IMG/VR virus record: IMGVR_UViG_3300020160_001428
Span: 1-64,000 of that record
Length of the DNA stretch: 64,000 bases
Strand: one strand, 5' to 3'
DNA from: a virus
Positions 27,721 to 36,427 of the stretch are shown here, one piece after another. Every line of letters begins with the position of its first letter. Position 1 is the stretch's first letter. The notes under the pieces were generated by a model. It worked only from the letters and a program-made list of their open reading frames with translations, ran no database searches and was not told where the DNA came from. Both the position numbers and the translations under genes were made by a program.

Positions 27721-28607
27721 TTTTTTTTTGGTGCTAGTAAGGTTGCTAGTTTGCGACCATACTCTCGGCTTTCACGTGTCATACGACCAGCGGCTTCTTC
27801 ACCACCTGCGGCTGTTGCATCTGCGGCAAACTCATCAGTTGGTTCGTCGCCCATTCCTTCGCCTGGCATAGCATCGTCTGGATTAGACATGTCTTCTTCG
27901 CCGCCGACTTCCATGCCTGGTTCTGCACCCATCATGTCGCCACCGTTTTCACCTGTTAGTAAGCCTACGCTTTGTGTAAGTGCCTGGCGTGATGATTCTA
28001 GTGCTGTGTAGATTGTGGCCAGTGAAGGTTTCACCACTGACTCAAATTCCATGGCTAAATCAGATCCCATTTCGTCTCTTATAGAGTCTACTAGTTCTAA
28101 CATTGCTTCGGCCTGCATATTTGCTGTGTCTTCCATCCAGCCTGTAATGCGGTCAACCATGTCGCGAGCGGCCATGATTAATTCGGCTTTTTCTTCTTCG
28201 CCTTCTGTGATTACATCTTCTTTTAAGCCTGCCATTTTGGCACGGATCTCTGCCTTCTCTTGTAGCTCTTGAGGAATATCTTCAAATGCGATTAGGCCTT
28301 CTTCTACTTTGGCTAGTACTAATGATTCCATTTGTGTTAGCTGTGGAGCACTTGCTTCACGCTCTTCAATGGCTGTGTTTAGTACATCTAAGAACATTTT
28401 ATTCTTAGTAAAGTTTTCGTTGTTGATAACTGCATCATAGTTAGATGCACTTTCAAACTGACTAACTTTTGTTCGTAGCTTGTTGCGGGCGTCGAGCATT
28501 TGCTCTAGCGTAAAGCTGTCTAAGTTTAGCTTCTGGCCAAACATCTGAGCCGCGCTTTCATTCAAAGCCTTTGCTGTAGGTTTTTGGTGAAATTCTGTAA
28601 TTCGCAT
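27717..28607 (-). CDS. Acidic helical protein, possible prohead core/scaffold-like
   Basis: Starts MRITEF; Glu-rich; ends CCA AAA AAA AAG TAA. Confidence 0.6.
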   Translation of the reverse strand: MRITEFHQKPTAKALNESAAQMFGQKLNLDSFTLEQMLDARNKLRTKVSQFESASNYDAVINNENFTKNKMFLDVLNTAIEEREASAPQLTQMESLVLAKVEEGLIAFEDIPQELQEKAEIRAKMAGLKEDVITEGEEEKAELIMAARDMVDRITGWMEDTANMQAEAMLELVDSIRDEMGSDLAMEFESVVKPSLATIYTALESSRQALTQSVGLLTGENGGDMMGAEPGMEVGGEEDMSNPDDAMPGEGMGDEPTDEFAADATAAGGEEAAGRMTRESREYGRKLATLLAPKKK

Positions 28608-28641
28608 ATTAGTTCTTCCTAAATGGTATTGTTAAGTTTAT

Positions 28642-29100
28642 TTATCTCAGCGATGCATAGAAGATGCCGTCTATTCGGCTCTTGGCATCCTTGACTTGCT
28701 CTGTGACTAGTTCCCAGCGCCAAAGTGCTGTGTCTTTAGTAACATAATCTTTGCTTACTTTCATGGTGTTTTTGTAAAATACTGAATCCATATAGTTTTT
28801 TTGAAAACGTTTATCTTCTTTTTCAATGTCATCAATTCGGGTAGACCACTTCTTATCGTGCAGTTTTGCTATGGCAAATGCTGATACTTTTAAGTAGGTT
28901 GTTGCTATTAGTATTTTACGGGGCATTTGGAATACATTCCACATGTCATCAGGACCTCTGACGATCATGTAGTTTTTATATTTGGTAGATCGGGCATTGA
29001 TGGGAACAAACATGCCACTTCTCACAGCCATGTCATATATCTGTGCTTCTAACTTTTCTGAGTCCATTATTTTATGTGTTTGGGTAGATATAGGTTTCAT
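28642..29100 (-). CDS. Hypothetical protein
   Basis: ORF in the operon. Confidence 0.55.
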   Translation of the reverse strand: MKPISTQTHKIMDSEKLEAQIYDMAVRSGMFVPINARSTKYKNYMIVRGPDDMWNVFQMPRKILIATTYLKVSAFAIAKLHDKKWSTRIDDIEKEDKRFQKNYMDSVFYKNTMKVSKDYVTKDTALWRWELVTEQVKDAKSRIDGIFYASLR

Positions 29101-29275
29101 TATTGTTGCCCTGTACTTTAATTACAAGACTTTTCCTGATTAGGCTCTCGATTATGAAACGCTCGTGTTCTTCAAATGTTTTCATAGACACTAACCCCTT
29201 GAGAGTTTCTAGGATAGCACGTTCTTCGCGGCTAGTCCAAGTATCAAGGCTTCTAACAAGTTCGTTTAGTTTCAT
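29072..29275 (-). CDS. Hypothetical protein
   Basis: Starts MKLNELV; stop/start coupled to the upstream gene. Confidence 0.55.
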   Translation of the reverse strand: MKLNELVRSLDTWTSREERAILETLKGLVSMKTFEEHERFIIESLIRKSLVIKVQGNNNETYIYPNT

Positions 29276-29619
29276 TATAGTTGTGTTAGTTGTCTGCGTA
29301 GATCAGTTAACTGTTTAGTTACAGCGGTAATCTGATCTTGAATAGCTTTACGCTGTTCTAGGCGTTGCTTTTGTTGTTGTGCCATCATAGCACTTTGTAT
29401 TTTTGGGTCATTAGATGTTGCTGGCATAGCCGCTGCCATACCCGCGGCAGTTTGTAAAGCGCCTGTTCCTGCTTTACCTATTGCGCCGCCTACAGCTTGA
29501 GCACCTTTTGCCAGTGCGCCGCCTACCGCAGAGCCTACTCTTGCCGCTCCGGCGGCAACTGCTGGCAGAAACTCATTTAGTTGTTTATCATCTTCGTTTA
29601 CTATGTCTTGTAATCTCAT
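29275..29619 (-). CDS. Hypothetical Ala/Gly-rich protein with coiled coil
   Basis: Starts MRLQDIVNE...LNEFLP. Confidence 0.55.
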   Translation of the reverse strand: MRLQDIVNEDDKQLNEFLPAVAAGAARVGSAVGGALAKGAQAVGGAIGKAGTGALQTAAGMAAAMPATSNDPKIQSAMMAQQQKQRLEQRKAIQDQITAVTKQLTDLRRQLTQL

Positions 29620-30338
29620 TGTCTGCCCTCAATACTTAAATCTTTATCTACGATGTTATTCATATGATCCTGTAGTCTTTCAATCCATTTTTTGTTACGT
29701 AGCATTTTGTATACTAGATTCTCTGTGCTAAACTCACTTGCGGCACTTTCTAATCCTGACTTACGCATACGTTTGATGTCATCCCACATGTGTTTAGCAA
29801 TGTCATGATCATCTTGTTTTAAGACTAACTTTACTCTATCTCTGTAGTTAGTGTATTTACGCTGTACGTCTTCACTGTCTACGTCTATATCGGTTCGTTC
29901 TGCTTGTGATACCCACTCGTCATTTAATACACTATAGATTCCTACGCTGTGATGATCTTGTCCCACATCTTGTGCATATAGTTCTACAGGTATATCCCTA
30001 ACTGTAATGTCATGTCGAGCATTGTAGTCATTCTTCTTGGCATCGAGCAACTGCTTGTATTCTTCAGTATCAGGCACTTGCACTATAATGTGTAGATCTA
30101 TATCACTGTGACTTGTATAGCTATAAGCCGCATTACTACCACTGATAGTAATGTCAACTACATCTAGTTCAACGCCAATGAACTCTTCAAAGTGTTTGGC
30201 TATCTTAAGTAGGCCTTGTCTAATCTCTGGAATCAGTTGTTGGTTGGCAAATAGTTTGGGATTTAGTTCGTCGTGAAACTGCACAGCATGGTCAATGCTG
30301 AACTCGCGTACAATATCAGTAAACTCTTTTATAAGCAT
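29616..30338 (-). CDS. Pol-beta superfamily nucleotidyltransferase
   Basis: ISGSNAAYSYTSHSDIDLHI (GS...DxD) with a third acidic residue in PVELY. Confidence 0.7.
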   Translation of the reverse strand: MLIKEFTDIVREFSIDHAVQFHDELNPKLFANQQLIPEIRQGLLKIAKHFEEFIGVELDVVDITISGSNAAYSYTSHSDIDLHIIVQVPDTEEYKQLLDAKKNDYNARHDITVRDIPVELYAQDVGQDHHSVGIYSVLNDEWVSQAERTDIDVDSEDVQRKYTNYRDRVKLVLKQDDHDIAKHMWDDIKRMRKSGLESAASEFSTENLVYKMLRNKKWIERLQDHMNNIVDKDLSIEGRQ

Positions 30339-30373
30339 ACTGTATTTAGCGTGTTAAAAGGCCTGCGGAGTTT

Positions 30374-30802
30374 TTAAAGTCCTAGGAACTTTAGGACGTG
30401 TGGAAAACTAGTTGCGTTTAACCATCCAGTACCTGCGGCAAATGCCAGTGCTACCATAGCATACATTGTGTATTTGTTTTTGAGCTTTTCTATTTCGCCA
30501 ATACGTCCTGCAAGTTTGCTGTGTGCTTCTTGATCTTCTGCGTGTAGCTTATCTGCATGTTCAAAATACTTGCCGCTGTTGGCACGATATTCTTCCTGCA
30601 TTTTTTCTAGTTTGTCTGCTAGTAGGTCGCGTGTGTTGTCTAGACAGTCGTGCATTTCCTTAACATCTGCTTTAAGGTCGCTGATCTGTTCTTTGATCGA
30701 TTCTACTTTAGTTTCAACTATGCCTACTCGCTCGGGTAATGCTGATAGTTGAGATACTGCTTCTGTATCTACTCGCGGTTTTTTTGCTGTTGCTGTGGCC
30801 AT
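30374..30802 (-). CDS. Coiled-coil protein with C-terminal TM helix
   Basis: Heptad-rich body; hydrophobic YAMVALAFAAG tail. Confidence 0.55.
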   Translation of the reverse strand: MATATAKKPRVDTEAVSQLSALPERVGIVETKVESIKEQISDLKADVKEMHDCLDNTRDLLADKLEKMQEEYRANSGKYFEHADKLHAEDQEAHSKLAGRIGEIEKLKNKYTMYAMVALAFAAGTGWLNATSFPHVLKFLGL

Positions 30803-30899
30803 CTTAGGCTCGTCTCCAATAAGTTAAGTTCGCTCAGAACTGTGTATATTACTGTGGCCTAGTGATGTGTGATTGATAGTTGCCTATGCTAGTATTTAG

Positions 30900-31316
30900 T
30901 CATTCCAAGTAAACTATGGTGTTTCGGTATTGACCGGCTTGTGTGTCAAACATAGAGATAGCCAGTTCTGCAGTTTCTGTTAGGCCCACTATCATAGGTA
31001 CAAAATGTAAGTCTTCAACTAGCAGGCCTTCTTCACGGCCTAATGCATCTGTAAAGCCGCCGTCGTATTCTATTTCAAAGTTGAAAGTCCATACTCTGTG
31101 AGTATTCTTATAGGCATGGCCAAACTGATAGTCTTTTAGATTAACTTCATCTACTTGTGGACTAAGTCTATATAACGGATTGACACGTAGTCCTATTACC
31201 TGCAATAACATTTGAAAGTTTTGTTGCTGTTGCCACTCAAGCTCGCGTCCAGGTTCTTTTCTGTATTGTTTGGTTTCAGTGACGTCAAGTAATGTTAGTA
31301 TAGAGAATCTTTGCAT
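30900..31316 (-). CDS. Hypothetical protein
   Basis: 138 aa ORF; TAAATA 5 nt upstream. Confidence 0.55.
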   Translation of the reverse strand: MQRFSILTLLDVTETKQYRKEPGRELEWQQQQNFQMLLQVIGLRVNPLYRLSPQVDEVNLKDYQFGHAYKNTHRVWTFNFEIEYDGGFTDALGREEGLLVEDLHFVPMIVGLTETAELAISMFDTQAGQYRNTIVYLE

Positions 31317-31335
31317 GACAGTATTTAACAGTCGT

Positions 31336-31362
31336 AAAAAAGCCCACTATAAAAGTGGGCTT
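31336..31362 (-). terminator. Rho-independent terminator
   Basis: aagcccact-ataaa-agtgggctt hairpin plus U-tract on -. Confidence 0.75.
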
Positions 31363-31388
31363 AGTCTTCCCATCCCAGGGTAAGTCGA

Positions 31389-31739
31389 TTATAGAGCTGG
31401 TGCAAATACTGCAATGATATCGATAGTTGGTGTACCTGTTAGGGCTTCAACTGTACCATCTGTAAAGTCACCTGTGCCTTGCAAGCGTAGGAATACAACG
31501 TCTGTAGTTCCGCTAACAAAAGCTGAACCGTCTGCTGTACCAAAACCTGCTACTGTAAAAGCAGAGTCACCAGTACCGCCAGCACCGTGTGCTGTAGTAA
31601 AATAATCAACATAAGCATTAAGCTCTGTGTGAGTCATGTTTGTCTTGCTGATTTTAACGATAAGTGTACGACCTGCGTCACTTGTTGCATTGCTAAACTT
31701 TTTCCAGTTTACAATGTTTGCTGAGTCCATTTGTGCCAT
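31389..31739 (-). CDS. Hypothetical protein, possibly an abundant virion protein
   Basis: Strong SD (GAGGAG), TAAATA upstream, own terminator; G/T/A-rich. Confidence 0.55.
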   Translation of the reverse strand: MAQMDSANIVNWKKFSNATSDAGRTLIVKISKTNMTHTELNAYVDYFTTAHGAGGTGDSAFTVAGFGTADGSAFVSGTTDVVFLRLQGTGDFTDGTVEALTGTPTIDIIAVFAPAL

Positions 31740-31814
31740 AATATTATCTCCTCGTTTATGGTTTTTAGACCACCCTCTGTGGTCCTTGTAATATTATTTA
31801 GCCAAAGACTAAAA

Positions 31815-32084
31815 TTATTCTTCTAATGGGGGAGTTTTACGGCTTTCTTGTATTTTGAGTACGCCACGCTTAAACTTACGTGCATCTGCTGTACGGATAG
31901 CATTTAGGAAACGGCGCTCTAGTTCGGCGCTTTCTTCTTCGTTAAACTGCTGTTTAATCAAAGCCATAAGATTGATTGCGCTCTCTATGATATTGGCACC
32001 ACGGTTTTCTATCAATAGCTCAGTGTTACGGCTATTGCCTAAACTATTGAGTTCCTCTAAGATAGAGCGTGTTCTTCTTTTCAT
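31815..32084 (-). CDS. Hypothetical protein
   Basis: Start placed at MKRRTRSILEEL. Confidence 0.55.
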   Translation of the reverse strand: MKRRTRSILEELNSLGNSRNTELLIENRGANIIESAINLMALIKQQFNEEESAELERRFLNAIRTADARKFKRGVLKIQESRKTPPLEE

Positions 32085-32120
32085 ATTAGTGTTTCCTGTA
32101 GTATTATTTACCCTAAGTGT

Positions 32121-32183
32121 ATTATACAACATAGTTTGGTTAAAGTCAAATCTGTTGACTTTTTGTGCGGTCGCACATATACT
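32121..32183. promoter_or_regulatory. Divergent sigma70-type promoters with a palindromic operator
   Basis: Minus: TTGACT-17-TATAAT (32149-32121). Plus: TTGACT-17-TATACT (32155-32183), with TGTGCG-GT-CGCACA in the spacer. Confidence 0.75.
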
Positions 32184-32240
32184 AGACTAAATACATCAGT
32201 AGAAACCATGAGTCTCTACACACACTTACAGAGGACTAAA

Positions 32241-32417
32241 ATGAAATATCTATCAGAAAAGATGCAGACTATCCTAGAACGTTTAAGCGAAATGTTCCCA
32301 GGATCTAGCTATCAATCAAGTCTAGATCACTATCTAGCAGACAAAGGCATTACCGATGCCGCACAGTTGGAAAACTACATCCGACAATTCAATTCTCAAA
32401 AGGAATCTTATCTATGA
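32241..32417 (+). CDS. Small protein, DUF3563-like
   Basis: SD GAGGA; LDHYLADKGITDAAQLENYIR resembles the YLA..D...LE..R pattern. Confidence 0.5.
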   Translation: MKYLSEKMQTILERLSEMFPGSSYQSSLDHYLADKGITDAAQLENYIRQFNSQKESYL

Positions 32418-32536
32418 AAAACTTTTTAAACGCACTTTACGAAATCAGTATAAGCATTGGTCAAGCTCGTGCCGCGGCCGCATTGGCTCGCTCAGGCATG
32501 TACAACGAAGCCAAAGCGTTAATGCTATCTAAGTAA
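32414..32536 (+). CDS. Small hypothetical protein (40 aa)
   Basis: Not in the ORF track. ATGA overlap; MKNFLNALYEISISIGQARAAAALARSGMYNEAKALMLSK. Confidence 0.55.
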   Translation: MKNFLNALYEISISIGQARAAAALARSGMYNEAKALMLSK

Positions 32537-32584
32537 ATATTGCGCCGCAAGGTGTAATAAATAACACACACAGAAGGAGTAGCA

Positions 32585-33001
32585 ATGACTACAAAGTTTT
32601 CACACGTCAAAGGATCTGAAGTAGAGTTTAAGGGTGGCGGACTTCGCGACTTTTTTCTATACAAGGATCTCGGAGTAGCAGATGCAACTAACGGGCGTGT
32701 CCTAGCACACATTACCAAAGCCAATTTACCCCCAGAGAATTCGGGAGGCACAGGCTGGCATATTCACGTGGCAGAGTTCCAAATCGTTTACATGCTAAAG
32801 GGTTGGGCCAAGTTCATGTACGAAGATAAAATACACCTAGTCGAAGCAGGCGATTGCGTACAGCAACGTCCTGGCATTGTACACTATTTGTACGACTACA
32901 GCCCGGACATGGAGTATTTGGAAATCATAACTCCAGCAGACTACGGAACAGTGCCGGCTGAAGGTCCTTGCGATATACCCAATCCCACACCTTGGGAGTA
33001 A
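32585..33001 (+). CDS. Cupin-domain protein
   Basis: GWHIH...FQIVYMLKGW and GDCVQQRPGIVH cupin motifs. Confidence 0.85.
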   Translation: MTTKFSHVKGSEVEFKGGGLRDFFLYKDLGVADATNGRVLAHITKANLPPENSGGTGWHIHVAEFQIVYMLKGWAKFMYEDKIHLVEAGDCVQQRPGIVHYLYDYSPDMEYLEIITPADYGTVPAEGPCDIPNPTPWE

Positions 33002-33004
33002 GCT

Positions 33005-33580
33005 ATGACCCTAGTTTACATACATGGCGCCAGTGCCACTAGCGAAAGCTTCAACTATGTTAGAAGTAAGTTGGGCAAGGGTGTTGACATCAACTACGAC
33101 AGTCGAAATGGTTTTGAAAACAACCTAAAAGACATGCAGTCAACTTTGAGTAACTACACTGACATAGTGTTCATTGCCCATAGCTTGGGCGGCATCTACA
33201 GTTTACACTTAGCCAATACAATGCCCATGAGTGTAAAGGGTGCTGTAACCCTAAGCACTCCATATGGTGGTGCTGAAGTAGCAGACTATGCTCAATACTT
33301 CTTGCCATTCAGCAGACTGATGCGTGACATCGGTCCTAGTTCGTGGGTTATGAAGCAGGCAAGAAATATCAAAATACAGCATCCTTGGACTAACATTGTT
33401 ACTGTAAAGGGACAAAGTGCGTTTATGCATGAGCCTAACGATGGTGTAGTTACTATCGCTAGTCAAAAGCATCACGAGGATATGGAACTAGTAGAAGTGG
33501 ACTATAATCACTATGAGGTTGTTCTAGCTGAGCCAGTGATTAAAATCATTAAAGAACGAGTAAAAAAGTTCGGAAAGTAG
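33005..33580 (+). CDS. Alpha/beta hydrolase (lipase/esterase-like)
   Basis: IHGA, AHSLGG nucleophile elbow, STPYGG, NDGVV, NHYE. Confidence 0.85.
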   Translation: MTLVYIHGASATSESFNYVRSKLGKGVDINYDSRNGFENNLKDMQSTLSNYTDIVFIAHSLGGIYSLHLANTMPMSVKGAVTLSTPYGGAEVADYAQYFLPFSRLMRDIGPSSWVMKQARNIKIQHPWTNIVTVKGQSAFMHEPNDGVVTIASQKHHEDMELVEVDYNHYEVVLAEPVIKIIKERVKKFGK

Positions 33581-33609
33581 TTGCTTTTATTCGTAAAAGC
33601 ATATATAAT
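33581..33609 (+). promoter_or_regulatory. Sigma70-type promoter
   Basis: TTGCTT-17 nt-TATAAT. Confidence 0.6.
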
Positions 33610-33669
33610 AGTAACATAGAGAAAAAGAAGTATCTATGTTAATACAGACATTACACACAGGAGATTATT

Positions 33670-33936
33670 ATGTCATTCGAAACACCAAAACTACCAGAAG
33701 TTAAATTCAACAAAAACGGATACGAAATCCGTGCAGACATCCTAGCATTAGCTAAAGATGCTGTCCAAGCAGAGTACAGCTACAAGTTCCAAGGTTGGGA
33801 AATGTCAACTGCCAAAGATGAAAAGACTGGCAAGTTGATTACTACAGTAGGTATGCCAGAGTTTCCAGGAATCGATAAGGTTCTAGAAGCGGCTGAGAAA
33901 ATGTACGGCTTTGTTAATCAAAGCACAAAGAAATAA
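33670..33936 (+). CDS. Hypothetical phage protein
   Basis: SD AGGAG; NGYEIRADIL...AEKMYGFV. Confidence 0.65.
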   Translation: MSFETPKLPEVKFNKNGYEIRADILALAKDAVQAEYSYKFQGWEMSTAKDEKTGKLITTVGMPEFPGIDKVLEAAEKMYGFVNQSTKK

Positions 33937-33970
33937 TATAAAATAATAATACGGGCATAGCCTATACTAT

Positions 33971-34002
33971 AAAAGAAAAGCACCTTCGGGTGCTTTTTCT
34001 TT
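33971..34002 (+). terminator. Rho-independent terminator, bidirectional, with UUCG loop
   Basis: aaaagcacc-ttcg-ggtgctttt flanked by A and T runs. Confidence 0.85.
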
Positions 34003-34081
34003 GGCCCTATGTAAACTTATTTGCGGGCTAAGGCGTTGTATATATAGCAGATGAATTTCTGCCTTAACCTAAGGAAATATT

Positions 34082-34294
34082 ATGAAAGCACTTATCGCAA
34101 CTATCGTATCAGCATTTGCATTGACAGCATTTGCCGCAGAGCCAGCCAAGGCCCCTGCAACTCCAGCACCTGCCGCATCAGCGCCAGCTAAGGCAGAAGT
34201 TAAGAAGGACGAAAAGAAGCCTGCAAAAAGCGAACCTGCTAAGAAAGAGCCAGCTAAAACAGACGCCAAAGCCGCTACACCAGCCGCTAAGTAA
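34082..34294 (+). CDS. Secreted Ala/Lys/Pro-rich small protein
   Basis: Signal peptide ending AFA, then PAK repeats. Confidence 0.7.
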   Translation: MKALIATIVSAFALTAFAAEPAKAPATPAPAASAPAKAEVKKDEKKPAKSEPAKKEPAKTDAKAATPAAK

Positions 34295-34454
34295 ACTCGA
34301 CCTAGAAGACAGTGATCTCATTGTTGATGATGAGATCACATTTGGTCGTAATCTAAAGGCTCGCGATTTTGGTAGGGTTATCGAAGATGACTTATCAGAC
34401 TATGTAAAGTTTAGATTATGGCTAGCTAGACAACTAGCTATGAGAGCATATGAT

Positions 34455-34483
34455 AAAGCCCACGCATAAGTGGGCTTTTTCTT
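34455..34483 (+). terminator. Terminator between convergent genes
   Basis: aaagcccac-gcataa-gtgggcttt plus T-run. Confidence 0.75.
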
Positions 34484-34503
34484 TGAACAACGTCTTTGTA
34501 AAA

Positions 34504-34944
34504 TTAGTTACACCAACTTTGTTTAGCGTCACCGTAGTATTCACGAGCCAAGCCGTTAGTAATAAGTCCTTGACGAATGCTTTGTCCGTTTACCAGGATA
34601 TCTCCCAATATACGGCCACCAAACTTATCCCATCCGTAGATAATAACTTGATGCTTTGGGTGGGATTGTAAGGCTTGAGTTGTAAATTTACTCGCCAGTT
34701 GCGCCCGCTGGTCTTCTTGTGGACATTGAGCTCTGTGTCCTTTTTCCGGTGTGTCGACTCCGTAGATTCTAACAGCAAGTTCGGGCTTGAGCGGTAGTGG
34801 TAGAAAGGGGGCGGCGATTACAATAGTATCGCCATCACTCACTCTAATAACTTGTGCATCGTATGTTGCTGATTTTGCAGGCATCTTGCCTTGTGCAAAT
34901 GTCAGTACTGGTACTGCTAATAATAGTAATAAAAACTTCTTCAT
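34504..34944 (-). CDS. Thermonuclease (SNase-like), secreted
   Basis: Signal peptide; DGDT, RIYGVDTPE, DKFGGRILG. Confidence 0.9.
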   Translation of the reverse strand: MKKFLLLLLAVPVLTFAQGKMPAKSATYDAQVIRVSDGDTIVIAAPFLPLPLKPELAVRIYGVDTPEKGHRAQCPQEDQRAQLASKFTTQALQSHPKHQVIIYGWDKFGGRILGDILVNGQSIRQGLITNGLAREYYGDAKQSWCN

Positions 34945-34971
34945 TTGGTATCCTTAATCTAAGTACTTTAT

Positions 34972-35607
34972 TTATTGCCATGCGACCATTTTAAACCGCT
35001 CACGAGGTATGCCAAAATAGTCGCACTTCCAGTGACTTTGTGCAAAGAAGTCTAAATGATGCCACTCGTCTTTATGTGCTAGTATTTGCTTGGCGGCATG
35101 CTTCCAATCAATGGCTAAGAGCACAGGTTCTACAGTAGCTTTTATTTCTGCTACTTCTTCATAGATAAAGCTATCCCATTCCCAGTGTAGAACTTCAAAG
35201 GCGTTGCCCTCACGATCAGCATAGTCCATAGAGAAGTCCAAGCCCCACTTGGGACGTAGTGCTATGATCTTGTTGACTAGGGGTAGTGTCTTTGCCCAAT
35301 GATTAAGTTCTATTAGAGCTTGCCCTGTGTAGCCCTTACGTTCAAATAAGAGACTGTGGTTAAGGTGTGCGCCCTCTATTGCGGGCAGGTGTGTAAACCA
35401 ATCTTGTTTAAGAGCTCGAAGATGTTCTCTATGCTTTTTGGGCTTGATTCTATTGCCGTAGGCAAAGTGTTGTTCTAGTTGGGTAAGATCGTAACCGTTC
35501 TGATCAAATAGATCTAGGTCTTCTACTGTGGGTTGATAAAGCAGTTTTTCTATGGGCTTGTCCCAATAACCGTTTGAATCAAACTTATTATCACTGATTG
35601 ATAACAT
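34972..35607 (-). CDS. Hypothetical protein
   Basis: 211 aa ORF, Trp/His-rich. Confidence 0.6.
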   Translation of the reverse strand: MLSISDNKFDSNGYWDKPIEKLLYQPTVEDLDLFDQNGYDLTQLEQHFAYGNRIKPKKHREHLRALKQDWFTHLPAIEGAHLNHSLLFERKGYTGQALIELNHWAKTLPLVNKIIALRPKWGLDFSMDYADREGNAFEVLHWEWDSFIYEEVAEIKATVEPVLLAIDWKHAAKQILAHKDEWHHLDFFAQSHWKCDYFGIPRERFKMVAWQ

Positions 35608-35619
35608 GTTACTGTAGTT

Positions 35620-35985
35620 TTAGCCCATTATGATTGCGGCTACAAAGGCATCTTCTTGTGATATGGCGCTGATGTTTAATCGAGCCTGTGCCTGTTGCTC
35701 TGTAGTTATTGTTTGTGAAAGATAACTCACTGCCGAAGTTGCTCCACTAGTTACCCACGATAAGTTACCTGATGAGTCTGTTTGAAGTAGTTGTCCGTTA
35801 GTTCCGCCTGTTGGGAACGACTGTAGTGTTACTATTGATTCTACACTTGCTACGGATTTTTTAAGGTATATTCGGCCGTCATAGGTGTTTAAGGCTAGTT
35901 CACCTAGTGCTAAGTCACCTGTTGCTGGTACTCTACCCGCAACTGCGCTTCGTTTTAACTTAACGACGTTTGCCGTTGTAGCCAT
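35620..35985 (-). CDS. Short tail-fibre-related protein
   Basis: KLKRS...LALGELALNTYDG N-terminal fibre motif; GQLLQTDSSGNLSW. Confidence 0.65.
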   Translation of the reverse strand: MATTANVVKLKRSAVAGRVPATGDLALGELALNTYDGRIYLKKSVASVESIVTLQSFPTGGTNGQLLQTDSSGNLSWVTSGATSAVSYLSQTITTEQQAQARLNISAISQEDAFVAAIIMG

Positions 35986-36073
35986 GTGGCATCCCTTTAT
36001 AATCCGCTATATAGCGAGGTTTTTACAAGAGTATATACTCTCACTGTATTTATTGTTTTAGGGGGATTAGGTG

Positions 36074-36427
36074 TTACCCGATGATTACTGAAGACACAAT
36101 CCCACTAGAAGCACCGTGTCCGGCAACTAATGAAATATATGGAGCAATCATACCGCCACCGCCGGTTGCAGGATCAGCAATAGTTGTAGTGTAAGTTGTG
36201 CCACTGATCACAAATGAGATTGGTGTTCCGGGAGTCAGTGAGCTATAAACTGCCCAAAGGGCGGCTGCGTTGGTACTGTCATTAACTTGAAGGTTATTAC
36301 CTGACAAGTATACACCTTGACCGTATACTAGAGGCCAACCTGTGTAAGTTATAGAACTAGGAGGAACAAACCCATTCAAGGTTACCCCAGCATTGATGGT
36401 CATTCCTGGTCCGATAGTTAAAGCCAT
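36074..36427 (-). CDS. Hypothetical virion-associated protein
   Basis: Follows the fibre gene; G/T-rich. Confidence 0.5.
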   Translation of the reverse strand: MALTIGPGMTINAGVTLNGFVPPSSITYTGWPLVYGQGVYLSGNNLQVNDSTNAAALWAVYSSLTPGTPISFVISGTTYTTTIADPATGGGGMIAPYISLVAGHGASSGIVSSVIIG

